From the NCBI GenBank assembly GCA_046563655.1, contig CM102287.1, forward strand, positions 5,208,001-5,272,000: a DNA stretch of 64,000 nucleotides, in the 5' to 3' direction. Source of the DNA: Yuukianura sp. NJ FZ-2021 (Eukaryota). The translations under genes and the position numbers were made by a program. Below are positions 50,860-62,646 of the stretch, piece after piece. The stretch's first letter is position 1, and each line of letters begins with the position of its first letter. A model generated the notes under the pieces. The model was given only the letters and a program-made list of their open reading frames with translations, was not told where the DNA came from and searched no databases.

Positions 50860-51667
50860 AACCGAAATTATTTTTATACTACGTGTAGATTGACATTAAA
50901 TTTTAATTGTAATTAGTTTACTTATTTAAAATAAAGCTGTGGGTTTAAGTGGTGAAGAGTTTTTGTTGTTACCTAAGAAGTGGAACATTTTTTGTGAGTT
51001 GATGATTCAAAATGATTAAAAATGTGTCAGATATGATGTAAACCGACATCTTTAAGACGTGAGCAGAACAAATGAAAATAAAATGAAAGAAATTCGAAGA
51101 AATGCTTTTCTAAATAAATAAGACGCATATCAATATCGTAGAACTTCTGTTCTCGAAGTCTTTTTTGGTATTTGTTCCTTTGTTGTTCCAAACAACACTT
51201 TGAAAGCGTCACATTTCCGCCTACTCCCATCCATTTCACTTTCTCTTTGTTTGCATTGCTCAAGATGATTCTGTAAAAGAAAGAAAGACGGAGACTTTCT
51301 CTGCAGGATTTAATCTCAACATTAAGGAGAGACTGGAGGTCAATAAAAATAACGCCAAAAAACGTTTCGTAGACATGGCAGCGACTGAGAATTTAGAATT
51401 TACACACCACGTAATCATGCAAAACCCGAACGGATGGATTCTTTACGACTGAAATTTTGCACAACCCATGATAACTCGCCAATCGCTGTCTAACTGACAA
51501 CTGACTGACGAGAGAGTGAATAAAAGAACAAAGAACGAAACTGCCTTCTTTTGAATTTTCAAAATCAAAATTCCCACTAGATTCTCAACTCGCCCCAGCT
51601 TACAGTTACACAGTCTGTGAACAATAAACTGTAAACAAGAAAGTCATGAACTTTGACCCAATCTTAT

Positions 51668-51973
51668 GGTGCACTTCCTACGTGATTGGTACGACGCTCA
51701 GAAAACTACGACCACACTTTTCGCATTAGCATAAGCTGCTAATTAATGCAGCGGACAGCTTTTTTACGAATTTTCACTTGCTTTTTTGTAGGAGGCAAAG
51801 TAAGGCAAAAATTCGATGATTTCTGAAATTCTTCCAGAAATCCTTTGATTTCTGGAGGAAAAGTTAAGTTTTCGGGAAAAAGGTGTCCCCTGTCCCAGTT
51901 AGCAGCGTCTGCTACTACGAAAAGTGTGGTCGTAGTTTTCTGAGCGTCGTACCAATCACGCAGGAAGTGCACC
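51668..51973. mobile_element. MITE with ~56-bp terminal inverted repeats
   Basis: 51668-51723 is the reverse complement of 51918-51973 with one mismatch seen; TSD and superfamily unclear. Confidence 0.75.
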
Positions 51974-53267
51974 AAAAGCCCTACAGAAAATCGAATCTAA
52001 ACGAATTTGTCCATCCAGACATTAAGGTAATCTAACATGATGCAGAACATAAAATAACTTTTAGCATAACATATTCATGCAACGTAACTCGTCAAACTCA
52101 AATTTTGGAAATTGGCATGTGCTGAGATTTAGGCGATTTTAGTGTGGCCACTTTTGTTGTCGCAGTTTTCTCCCGAGACTCTTAGCTCTGTACAAACATT
52201 TTATTTTTCGTTTTCTCTTCTTATTAACTCGACCCGTTGTAAAACTCCATTCAAACAAGTTCAGTAGGCAGTAAGGCCTGTTTAATGAGAAAGAAGCTGT
52301 GCTCCCTTTCTAATGCAATCTTCATTCAATCTTCACTTCTTCAAAAGGATGGGAAAGCCTTGAACTGTAAAGTAGTTTCTAATAAGGCGAACATATCAAA
52401 ATTGAAGATGACATGGCACTGGAAAGCGTCTTTAATCTATTTTTGAATATCCAATTTAATAATCCCTTACACGTTACGTTTTCCGCGAGATGTGCCAGCA
52501 TCTGTCCTACTTCTGGTTCATTCAATGCCAATTCTGGTTCGTTTAACACCATTTCTGGTCCATTCGACACCATGTGTGACTGGTTTTGGGTTAAGTTGAT
52601 CATGTTGAACACAGAAGATTTCCAGGAATGCTGCAGCATTACAAGTACTTATGTCAGAAATATCCTCTTTGAAATGGTACTTTCAAAGACTTCTCTCGAG
52701 ATTTGAGGTTTCGGGATTCAACCTTTTTTCCTTCAGTTTAGGCCGTTTTCTAACCTAACTTGAACCTAAAATGTAAGGTTAATGGAGTAGGCTAAGGTCT
52801 CAATGGAAATGTTCCTTACTGATGTGGTTAGTGTTCTGCTGTGTACGGATTTCCAGAAGTTTTCACTCTGTAAACTAAATCTTCATTCCGAGGTTCCTGG
52901 AAACCGAAACGGTGAAGGATTTAACCTTGGAAATGAAAATTACAAATGAAAGACGGAATTTTTGGGTGCTTTTGTTTCCTCTAGCTTTCGAAAACAGATT
53001 CTGCGAAACAATATCGCTGCTGAGTCTCAGAACTCTTGAAAACTCCAGTAAACCGTAAATTAGGTGGATCTTAAATCTTCCAGAAGAGACAACAATTGTG
53101 GGGCTTAGACGTAAAAGGGCGTATATCGTTGCCAAGAAAATAATTTAATTCCATTTGTTGATTCTAAGTGAAAGTGCTAATGTGTGAAAAATGTTGTCGG
53201 TCTGTCCGTTCCTCGTTCGCTGGTTCTGAAAGGGTCCAATTTCCTTTTCTTCTCGTAGTTAGTCCGA

Positions 53268-54733
53268 TCGTAGCAAGTGAAATGCCCAAAACAATTTGGC
53301 CAAAAGTGAAATGGTCAGAGGTGAAATGGCCAGAAGTGAAATGGCCAAAAAGTGAAAAGATCAGAATTGAAATGGCCAAAAAGTGAAAAGGCCAAAATGT
53401 AAAAACGCCAGAATGAAATTGACCAAAAAGTAAAAAGGCCAAAAAGTGAACAGACCGAAAAGTGAAATGGCCAAAATAAGAAAAGATCAGAAAGAGAAAA
53501 GATCAGAATATGAAAAAAAAATTATTTTCAGTGGGTAACTCGGATTTTCTTCATTTTTTTAGAAATACCTATGAACCCCTGACTGTGAAAATATATTTGT
53601 TTTTGACCCGCTCTCAAAGGAATTTCGGATTTATAGAATATTTTGAAAATTACAATTTCCCCATAAGGGCACATGTAAATATTTTCTCAAAATAGGTGTT
53701 CGCTTATATTTGGTTAAGTTAGGTTACGTTTAATAAGTGCTTAGACAATGGCGTTATAGCAGTGTTGGCTTTTCCCCGGGGATTTGATGCTCTCCCCGGG
53801 AAATTGGGGTTATCCCCAAATCCCCGGGGATTTGGGGATTATTGGGGCTCTGGCGATGTTTTGTACAGCGCATGCGCAGCGTCTGCGCAAACCCAGAATT
53901 CAGTGTAGCTCCACCCAGAACATTCCCACACTCCATCCCGTTTTGTTCTTTGTTGTTATCCATCGTTATTAAACTTTTTAAATTGATTCCGGCATTGACT
54001 ATTTTATATGAAATATTATTTATAATAAATAATATAATTATTGTTATATTATTTATAGTATATTATAATACAATTATTATTACTTTATAACTACGTAGAA
54101 TATAAAAGGCAAAGTCTAACGATATTCATAATGTATGTAATATAATATGTACATATATTATTATATAATTGTAATATAATAAATATAATATATTTATACA
54201 TAATATATAATATAAAATATTCAATGCCGGACGTTTAGAATCCCATTATTTCCCTGTTATAATATTGAAAAACACAAAAAAAAGTCAGCCATTTTGGATA
54301 AAAAAAAACGAAATCCCCACACAGCCCCAAATCCCCACCTCCGAGGATGGGGAAAACCCCAATAATCCCCATCCCCGTTCCCAGTGGGGTGGGGGTGCTG
54401 CCAACACTGCGTTATAGCCATTAGGTTACGTTTGGTTAAGTTTCGAAAAATGGGATTTAAAAAAAAAAGAGTGATATTTCCCATTTTCAAAATTTTCAAA
54501 AAATCAAAATCCTCGAGAGCGGGCCAAAAAATATGTATTTTCATAGTCAGGGGGTCATATGTAAAAAAAAAAAATGAAGCAAATCCGAGTTATTCATTGA
54601 AAATAATTTTTTTCCCCAAATTCTGATCTTTTCACTTTCTGATCTTTTCTTATTTTGGCCATTTCACTTTTTGATCATTTCACTTTTTGGTCATTTCACT
54701 TTTTGCGACTTTTACATTTTCGTGTCCATTACG
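53268..54733. mobile_element. Foldback-type element with tandem 15-bp subrepeats and long inverted arms (middle layer)
   Basis: AAGTGAAATGGCCAA arrays at ~53276-53510 and inverted at ~54623-54720; arms continue inward (e.g. TTTTTGACCCGCTCTC vs GAGAGCGGGCCAAAAA). Exact ends uncertain. Confidence 0.65.
53760..54409. mobile_element. hAT-type MITE, copy 1 (inner layer)
   Basis: TIR CAGTGTTGGC / GCCAACACTG, perfect 8-bp TSD CGTTATAG, subterminal CCCCGGGG palindromes, AT-rich core. Confidence 0.9.
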
Positions 54734-55841
54734 AAAATAGATAATGTCGTTATGGATCTCTGAACTGAATTCTAACTTTCGATACTTTTTTACGTTCATT
54801 TCAAATGCAAAAATTGCTTGTTTACAAACTTTTTTGCTAAACAATTTCCGTAGCAACGATATACGCCCTTCTTCGTCTAAGCCCCTCAATTCTTGGAAAA
54901 ATTTGATTTGATTTTTTACTAAAAAAGCAGGTTAAATTAAGTTTGCTCAGTGAAAGTGAAAGCAACAAGTTGTTTTTCTTGCTAAAAAATTCAATGTACA
55001 AAAATGAAAATTTCTCCGAACATGAGCTTTCATCATTGATTTCTAAAGCTAAATTTTCATAACCTTAGAATGGCTTTTCCAGGGAATTCTGTTGCTGATT
55101 GGTACTTGGCAGGCTGTCAGTTAACATAACCTAATGAACTTCATACTTACATAACCAACTTAAGTGTACATAAATCACAGCATAACACTGAACATGAAAA
55201 TAACGGCAACGAGAAAACAATCATAACTGTCTGCTAATTAAATCTCTTAAGTAGTAATCCAAAATATAGTAAGTACATCACATGCAATGCTGAATTTGTC
55301 TGTTTATTTCATTAAATTTTGCTCTTCCCACGCAACGTTACTCCAGAAAATGCTGGAAGTAGTGCTGAGCAAACTTTCAAGGGCCTCGAGCACATTAGCT
55401 GTAGATTCTCAACATTTTGCTGCTGCTGGGTTGAGACCGGAATCTGATAGCTTCCTAAATTGAGCAATTAGTTGATGTATTGAAGCCAATATGTACGTCC
55501 GAAGGGAAGTTCCAACGAGGAAGAAAGTGAGCAGCAAAATGCCACTTCCGGATAGAATCACTACGAGGCTCACCAGGTTAAGGCACCACAGCACCACATT
55601 TCCAAAAAACAAGCACTTCATCAATGCCAGTCTGTTTAATCTACTCGCCTACACACAAAATAATCAAATTTAAATTAGAAAGATGTGATGAGTTCATGAG
55701 CGATTAGGTTAACCTAACATAGTTCCATAACCTAACTTGAGGCTAAAATTTAGCGCTTGAGTTAACATGTTGTGACAAGTGGTGCTTAGTTTAGATTGGC
55801 GCTTACCCGGAAGGTTTCTAGAAACAAGAATGAATCAGCTA

Positions 55842-57500
55842 CAGTGGCGGCCAAAATTATTGGGACACCCAGTGTAAAAATTTTTAAACAACGATAACTT
55901 TTTAACGAAGTGTCATAATTAATAATTCGATACGTCATTTTATTCAGAAAATAGTTCTTTCCAATCTCCCAAGTTTTTAGAACTTGAAGTCAAGCGGTTT
56001 ATTTTATAGAATTTTTTAAACGCAAAACGTCAAAATTTTCGCGGACAAAATTATTGGGACAGCTGGGGTTTTGGAACGAAATCAACAGTTATTGGCATTA
56101 GTCTTCCATCGGTAAGTCACCTAACTTAATTTTTAGTACTTACTAACACTTGTAGTTAATTGTTGATTAGTTTTTCAGAGGTGGTTGGCAATATCAAGGA
56201 AGTTACAGGACCGATACGCGACCTAATCATTCAAGGTTGGGTTGGTGACGAAAATGGTACAAAATCAGTTCGTCAGCTGTCCGAATTGTACCACGTACCC
56301 AAGTCAACAGTACATAGCATCATACAAAGGTACCTCAAGACCGGCCATGTCGAAAACAAAGTCGGAAGGGGCCGTAAACCAATTCTTACTGAGAGGGAAG
56401 TTCGCCTGATCACCAAGAAAGTGAAGCTGGACAATCGAGTAAGCGCCGTAGAACTGTCCAAAACACTCAAAAGTGACCTTGACACCGAAGTCAGCCCCCG
56501 TACTGTTCAAAGAGTACTTTGCAATCAGAATTTGAGAGCTTTCAAGCCGTTGCGAAAACCGTTTGTGTCAAAGAAGAATGCAGCCAAGAGATTGAAGTTT
56601 GCAAAAGAACACTTTATGAAGCCGGTATCGTTTTGGGAAAGAATTTTATTGTCGGACGAGTCAAAGTTCAACGTTTTGGGGTCAGATGGACGAAAATATG
56701 TCCGAAGAGGTATTGGTGAAGCCTTAAAACCAAAGAACCTCAATGTGACTGTGAAACACGGAGGAGGCAGTGTCATGGTTTGGGGCTGCATGGCTACAAA
56801 CGGGGCGGGAACCTTGGAATTTATTAACGGAATTATGGATAAATTCGGCTCACTTCGTGTCAAGGTCACTTTTGAGTGTTTTGGACAGTTCTACGGCGCT
56901 TACTCGATTGTCCAGCTTCACTTTCTTGGTGATCAGGCGAACTTCCTACTCAGTAAGAATTGGTTTACGGCCCCTTCCGACTTTGTTTTCGACATGGCCG
57001 GTCTTGAGGTACCTTTGTATGATGCTATGTACTGTTGACTTGGGTACGTGGTACAATTCGGACAGCTGACGAACTGATTTTGTACCATTTTCGTCACCAA
57101 CCCAACCTTGAATGATTAGGTCGCGTATCGGTCCTGTAACTTCCTTGATATTGCCAACCACCTCTGAAAAACTAATCAACAATTAACTACAAGTGTTAGT
57201 AAGTACTAAAAATTAAGTTAGGTGACTTACCGATGGAAGACTAATGCCAATAACTGTTGATTTCGTTCCAAAACCCCAGCTGTCCCAATAATTTTGTCCG
57301 CGAAAATTTTGACGTTTTGCGTTTAAAAAATTCCATAAAATAAACCGCTTGATTTCAAGTTCTAAAAACTTGGGAGATTGGAAAGAACTATTTTCTGAAT
57401 AAAATGACGTATCGAGTTATTAATTATGACACTTCGTTAAAAAGTTATCGTTGTTTAAAAATTTTTACACTGGGTGTCCCAATAATTTTGGCCGCCACTG
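55842..57500. mobile_element. Palindromic (foldback) Tc1-family element made of two left halves
   Basis: TA-CAGTGGCGGCC...GGCCGCCACTG-TA; arms 55842-56496 and 56847-57500 are near-perfect reverse complements; inner direct repeat CAAAATTATTGGGACA (IR/DR type). Confidence 0.95.
56181..57038 (+). pseudogene. Truncated Tc1-like transposase
   Basis: HTH domains, GRGRKP, SDESKF and HGGGSVMVWGC present; homology stops at ~56846 before the second catalytic Asp and the SPDLNPIE-type motif; frame runs on into the inverted arm; GTG at the expected start. Confidence 0.9.
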
Positions 57501-57883
57501 TAGAACTTGAAACGTATTAATTAGTAAGAGGCTCACAGCAAACCAAAACAAAATTTGATCTGTAAAACAAAATTTCAAAAAATGCGATTAGCCTCCTTTT
57601 GTTCTAAAAATAGCCTCAGGATGGACATCTTACACAAATGTTTCAAAGAGAAAAAGCTTTCCTTCGCTCGTTTAAACAAAAGAAAATACAAAAGAAATCA
57701 AAAGTTTTGGAATTGAATTTCACTGAAACGACACTTGTCTTTTTTGCTTCTGGCTTTCTTTTTCAGAATTTTTGAGAAAACGTCAATTTTTTTAACATCT
57801 CAGTGCGTCAGCATGTCTCACATTGACATGGAATCCCCATTGACAAAAGCTTTTTCTGCTTTCTCCTCGCGTTCACCTGGTGA

Positions 57884-58524
57884 GTTGCCGATCCCCGGGG
57901 ATTATATGCTTTCCCCGGGGAATTGGGGTTATCCCCAAATCCCCGGGGATTTGGGGAAAATCGGGGCTCTGGCGATGTTTTGTAAAGCGCATGCGCAGCG
58001 TCTGTGCAAACCCAAAATTCAGCGTAGCTCCACCCCCGAGCATTCCCACACTCCACCCTGTTTTGTTCTTTGTTGCTATCCATCGTTATTAAACTTTATA
58101 ATTTAAGTCCAATGTTGAATATTTTATATTCTATATTATTTTTAATATATTATAACATAGTTATTATGTTTTATTTTTAATATATTATAGTATAATTATT
58201 ATTATATTATAAACTACAGCATATAAAGATAAAACATAATGATATTCAGACTGTAGTATATCATGTACAGATATTATTATATAAATGTAATATAATAAAT
58301 ATAATGTATTTATAAATAATATATAATATGAAATATTCAATACCGGACTTTTATAATCACATTACTTCAATGTTATTGTATTGAAAAACAACAAAAAATG
58401 TCAGCCATTTTGGATAAAAAAAACTAAATCCCCATCACCCCCAAAATCCCCACTTCCGATGGTGGGGAAAACCCCAATAATCCCCATCCCCGTCCCCAGT
58501 GGGGTGGGGGTGCTGCCAACACTG
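57884..58524. mobile_element. hAT-type MITE, copy 2 (left junction slightly deleted)
   Basis: Colinear with 53760-54409; right end GCCAACACTG followed by GGTGAAAG; left side reads GGTGA-GTTGCC, consistent with loss of ~7 bp across the TSD/TIR junction. Confidence 0.85.
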
Positions 58525-61500
58525 GGTGAAAGCTGCTCTTTCAAATTCCTTGTTCCTGTCATTGCATGACACCAGTAACATGTAAGGCACACGCTATTAC
58601 AAAAATGTCAAAAAATCAACACTAAGAAAACGAAAAAAAATTGCGCAGCCCTACTGTTCCCAAAAGAGAAAGAACGAAAAAATTTGACCTTATTGAACTT
58701 TCACATCTTATATCAACAAAAGTTTGACATTTTCAGCTAAAAAATGCTTCTAGAGCATAAATTTTAGACAAAAATGGGTATTTTATATTTTTTTTTTTTT
58801 AAAAAAAAAGTAATTTTCATCAAAACCAAGGGATTTCTGGAACTTCTGAAACAACAAATGCTCAATTAAGCACAAGGGAAGAATATCTTCGTTCCCTCGA
58901 GGAGTACTTATAACAGAATGCCTAATCTGCAATGTTGCAAAACTTGTTAGTTCTTACTATAAAATTTGTTCATATAATTATAATATATTATTATAGATTC
59001 AAACTTGACAAAAGTCGACTCCCGCTTCCTCATCTCTTTCAACATTCTTCTCAAACTACGTTTTTTGAACCAATTTAATCACAAATCCGGAAGATGACAT
59101 GTGACATTTTGACTTTCGAACAGCAAAAAACGCTCAGCCCGAAACTTATATCTTCCCTAACAATTTCGAAAATCTGCTTTGAATATTTTTTTTTCTAATA
59201 AAAATCAAAATTGAACACAAACTTTTAAAATTTCCCGTTGCAAAGTTTCCTTATTAATGTTAATTCTAGTAATATATAATTTTCTATAGAAAATTAAATT
59301 TTACAATTTCGTTTATTCGTAAAGCACAAAACTCTTTTGAACCATCAATAGGCAAGTCACAAAATTTTGAAAAATTGAAGGAAAGTGTAGCCACCGGAAA
59401 AGCCGATTTCAAAATACTAGTACACGCGTTTTTTCTGATTTTCTAAAACCGTCAAGGGAGAAATTGAATTTTTTTAAAACTGTTTTCTATTTACTTAAGA
59501 GTGAATACCATTTTTTTTCATTGAAGGACTTGTTGGAAGCAGAAGAATCAAGGCAAAACTTAAGTCAGAGTTACTTTCTCGTAAGTGTATTTACCTCCTT
59601 GAAATCAAATTTGCATGAAAGGTTACTTTCTCTTAAGAAGACTTATTCTGTCATCAGTATGACAAGTTTATTTACCAAAAAAAACTTTACACACACAGTT
59701 CGTTTCAACATGACAAAACGTCTTAAGACGACTTAAGGAAGTACGGGATTTTAAAGCTCATTTAAAATTGGGACTTACAAACTTGTGACAAACTTCTGGA
59801 AGTTCAACTTTACATTCAAAGTAAACCTTTCAAAATCACATCTTGTTTTCAATTCATACTTGAATTGAATTCCTGCGCAAATGGTGCGAACAAAGGAAAG
59901 CTTTTAGTTTTTAAACAGAAATTTCGTGCGTGGAAGAAATTTCAAACGTCCAAGGCATTACGTCTGTGGGAGTTGTTTGTTTGCCTTGAAAACTTCAGTT
60001 TTCCATCAAAATGACAAAGTTTAACTGAAAACGGTTAGATATTTACCATTTCCGGTGTAATAAATCATGTAGCGATCGTAGATGTAGAAACTGCCTTCTA
60101 CTCCATCAGTACTTTCACCCCAGGGCATTGTTCTTAACAGGATAACCGTTCCCAATGAAATGAAAAACAACGACAGAATCTAAAAGGAAATAAAACAAGA
60201 GAAAGTTTATATAAACAGAAACTTGTTTCTTCAATGCTTAAATTTTCAACGCTCCATTTCCATCAGAAATTGGGTTTTGTAATATGCTTTTTAGAAAATT
60301 GAAAACGGTGTAAAATGAAAATCCGTTTCATTTCAACCAGGTTTCTGTCCAAAATGTCATAAAATTAGAAGCACATTTTGAACCAAAAGGAAAGCTTTCC
60401 ATAAATCTCATTCATTAAATTCCATTTTCTGAATTAACCTTTTGTTATTTTGTATTAAATTTGTGTGTTTTCTTACAAGTCCAAGGCATGCAGAATACCG
60501 CAGGCAGAATTTGAGTGAAAAGCCACAAGAGAATCCAAGAGTGTCACTTTGAGTGTCATGTTCCTGTTGTGGGTTTGTTGTTTTTGTGAACAAACTAGTT
60601 TCGACTTTTGACCAAAACTTTGTGTTCATTGTGTACTTACTTTAAGTCTTCATGACTAACAAGAAACTAAATTCTGAGCACCTTTCACTTGGACTTTCAC
60701 TTTGGAGTGAAACTAATTCTCTCTACAGAGTGCAATAGCCTTCAACACTAATCAAAATATGGATTTTGGTTTCAGGGTGTTTGGTTTAACTTAAAGCGCA
60801 TCTGGTGATAGACAGAAAACCAATTTTAATACAAAAGACTAATTTCCGGTGGCTCTTCCTTCTGTCCATCCAGCCCACCGGTTCCCACGAAACAGGAACC
60901 AAGGACATCCGTTTTTCTTGGACGTTGTAAACGGAATTTAAAGCACAATCGCTAATAACCGTGAAAAATTTGAAAAAAAAAACGATCATTCGTTCAAGAA
61001 ATTAAAAACTTAAGGTTTTAAAAATTATAAATAAATAGAATTTTATATTTCAATTTTTTTTTGACACTTATGGCGAGAGTTAAGTGTACGGATTGCCAAA
61101 GCGGATGGGTAGAGTTATTATGGTTCTTTATATTATATTTTGTTCATATTTACTATATTACTGCATTCTACACATTATGTTATGTTAAAAGAAAAACTCA
61201 TATGCGTACTTTAGCGTCGTAGTACCGCTTAAGATTCTTCGGCAAAAAAAATGAATTTGATGGAAAGCTTCCGATTTATTCTTAACTTTTTGCGTTGTAT
61301 TTGATATTTTTGGAAAAAGTCCTTTTGAAGGAAAGTATGGATAATGAATAGGGAGAGTGGAATTAGTAAGGCTACGGAAAGTGAAGGTTGAGTTGACTTT
61401 CACCTAGTCAGCACCAAAAATGTCTTTCATCTCCAGCGCTTCATTACTTTCGCCTTATTAGCCTTTTGGTTTTGAATTTAATTTAATTGGTAGCAGAGTA

Positions 61501-61570
61501 TAACAAGTGCTAAAAATGAATCCGGCCCAAGGTTAGGAACTTTTATTTTGGTTTAATACAGGAACCATTA

Positions 61571-61728
61571 CAGTACATTTGCTAAATAAGCAACTAAAAA
61601 TCTCAAACCTTTCTCCATTTCGTTTCAATGAGGCCTCACTGCGGCCTTAAAGGAAGCCTCACAGCGGCCCACGACAAGAAATGCAGAAACGGCTGAGGGT
61701 TTTAGTTGCTTATTTAGAGAATGAGGTG
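61571..61728. mobile_element. Tc1/mariner-type MITE, copy B
   Basis: Similar to 31347-31505, inverted ends CTAAATAAGCAACTAAAA / TTTTAGTTGCTTATTTAG, TA flanks. Confidence 0.8.
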
Positions 61729-61974
61729 TATTGACATTTTGAACTTTAGAAATTTCAGACAATTTGAGAAAAAGACATAAAAAACTCGCAATAATAACGG
61801 TTGAAAATTATGCTGGATTTTGTTGCGTACAATTCAGAATTTCAACTTGAAGAATTTGTGTTCTTTCTTTACTCGTTCAAAATCCTGGCTATTCCAAAAT
61901 TGTGCAACTAAAAAACTACAATTCGCTAAAATTGCTTACACTTTGGTTTGATGTTGGAATCTTTTAGGTTGAAA

Positions 61975-62646
61975 TTACGTTTCTCTTGGAATAGAATTGA
62001 ATGTGATAAGCAGCATTCCTAGCAGCATTCCAGCTAGATTGCCGAGGGGAAAGTGTTCCGAAGAAACTACAGGGGCTTTAGCTACACCATCAGAGCCACC
62101 ACCAGATCCTCCAGCAGAGCCATCAGATCCATCCTTTCCTCCAGGAGAGCCACCAGATCCTCCTTTGCCTCCAACAGAGCCACCAGATCCACCTTTGCCT
62201 CCAGCAGAGCCACCAGATCCACCTTTTCCTCCAGCAGAGCCACCAGATCCACCTTTTCCTCCAGCAGAGCCACCAGATCCACCTTTTCCTCCAGCAGAGC
62301 CACCAGATCCACCTTTTCCTCCAGCAGAGCCACCAGATCCACCTTTTCCTCCAGCAGAGCCACCAGATCCACCTTTGCCTCCAGCAGAGCCACCATCTCC
62401 ACCTTTGCCTCCAGCAGAGCCACCAGATCCACCTTTTCCTCCTGCAGAGCCACCAGATCCACCTTTTCCTCCGGCAGAGCCACCAGATCCACCTTTTCCT
62501 CCGGCAGAGCCACCAGATCCACCTTTTCCTCCGGCAGAGCCACCAGATCCACCTCCACCTCCGCCATCTGCTGTTTGTGTGGCAGTACAAACGATGCTGC
62601 TCAAAAGGATCAACACAGCAGCATCGTACAAGCTCCTGTTCGCCAT
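61975..62646 (-). CDS. Secreted, probably GPI-anchored glycine-rich repeat protein, 223 aa
   Basis: N-terminal hydrophobic signal (AAVLILLSSIVCTA), 14 GGSGGSAGGK-type units plus one degenerate unit, C-terminal hydrophobic LAGMLLGMLLITF; upstream acceptor tttttactgtcacag|. Confidence 0.8.
   Translation of the reverse strand: MANRSLYDAAVLILLSSIVCTATQTADGGGGGGSGGSAGGKGGSGGSAGGKGGSGGSAGGKGGSGGSAGGKGGSGGSAGGKGGDGGSAGGKGGSGGSAGGKGGSGGSAGGKGGSGGSAGGKGGSGGSAGGKGGSGGSAGGKGGSGGSAGGKGGSGGSVGGKGGSGGSPGGKDGSDGSAGGSGGGSDGVAKAPVVSSEHFPLGNLAGMLLGMLLITFNSIPRET
62104..62553. repeat. 30-bp coding tandem repeat (~15 units)
   Basis: Unit ccagcagagccaccagatccaccttttcct; variation mostly synonymous in the Gly-rich frame. 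Confidence 0.95.

Larger units (their letters stand above)
53098..54887. mobile_element. Non-autonomous DNA transposon (Sola2-like ends), outer layer of a nest
   Basis: TIRs G(T/A)GGGGCTTAGACG..AAGGGCGTATATCGTTGC at 53098-53132 and 54853-54887, flanked by AATT on both sides. Confidence 0.6.
55409..60629 (-). pseudogene. Four-transmembrane protein gene (LAPTM/DUF4728-like, ~205 aa) disrupted in this haplotype by a Tc1 insertion in exon 3
   Basis: Exons 60629-60477, 60179-60047, 57559-57501 + 55839-55807, 55648-55409, all GT-AG with matching phases once the Tc1 and one TA are removed: ...SCGFSLKFCLRYSACLGLILSLFFISLGTVILL...DQILFWFAVSLLLINTFQVLADSFLFLETFR...NVVLWCLNLVSLVVILSGSGILLLTFFLVGTSLRTYIL... 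Confidence 0.8.

Noticed and set aside
51027..52706. Minus-strand gene from ORFs 51027-51263 and 52379-52639 (three 21-bp repeats at ~52512-52572)
   Set aside because: No homology cues and no consistent exon chain could be built.
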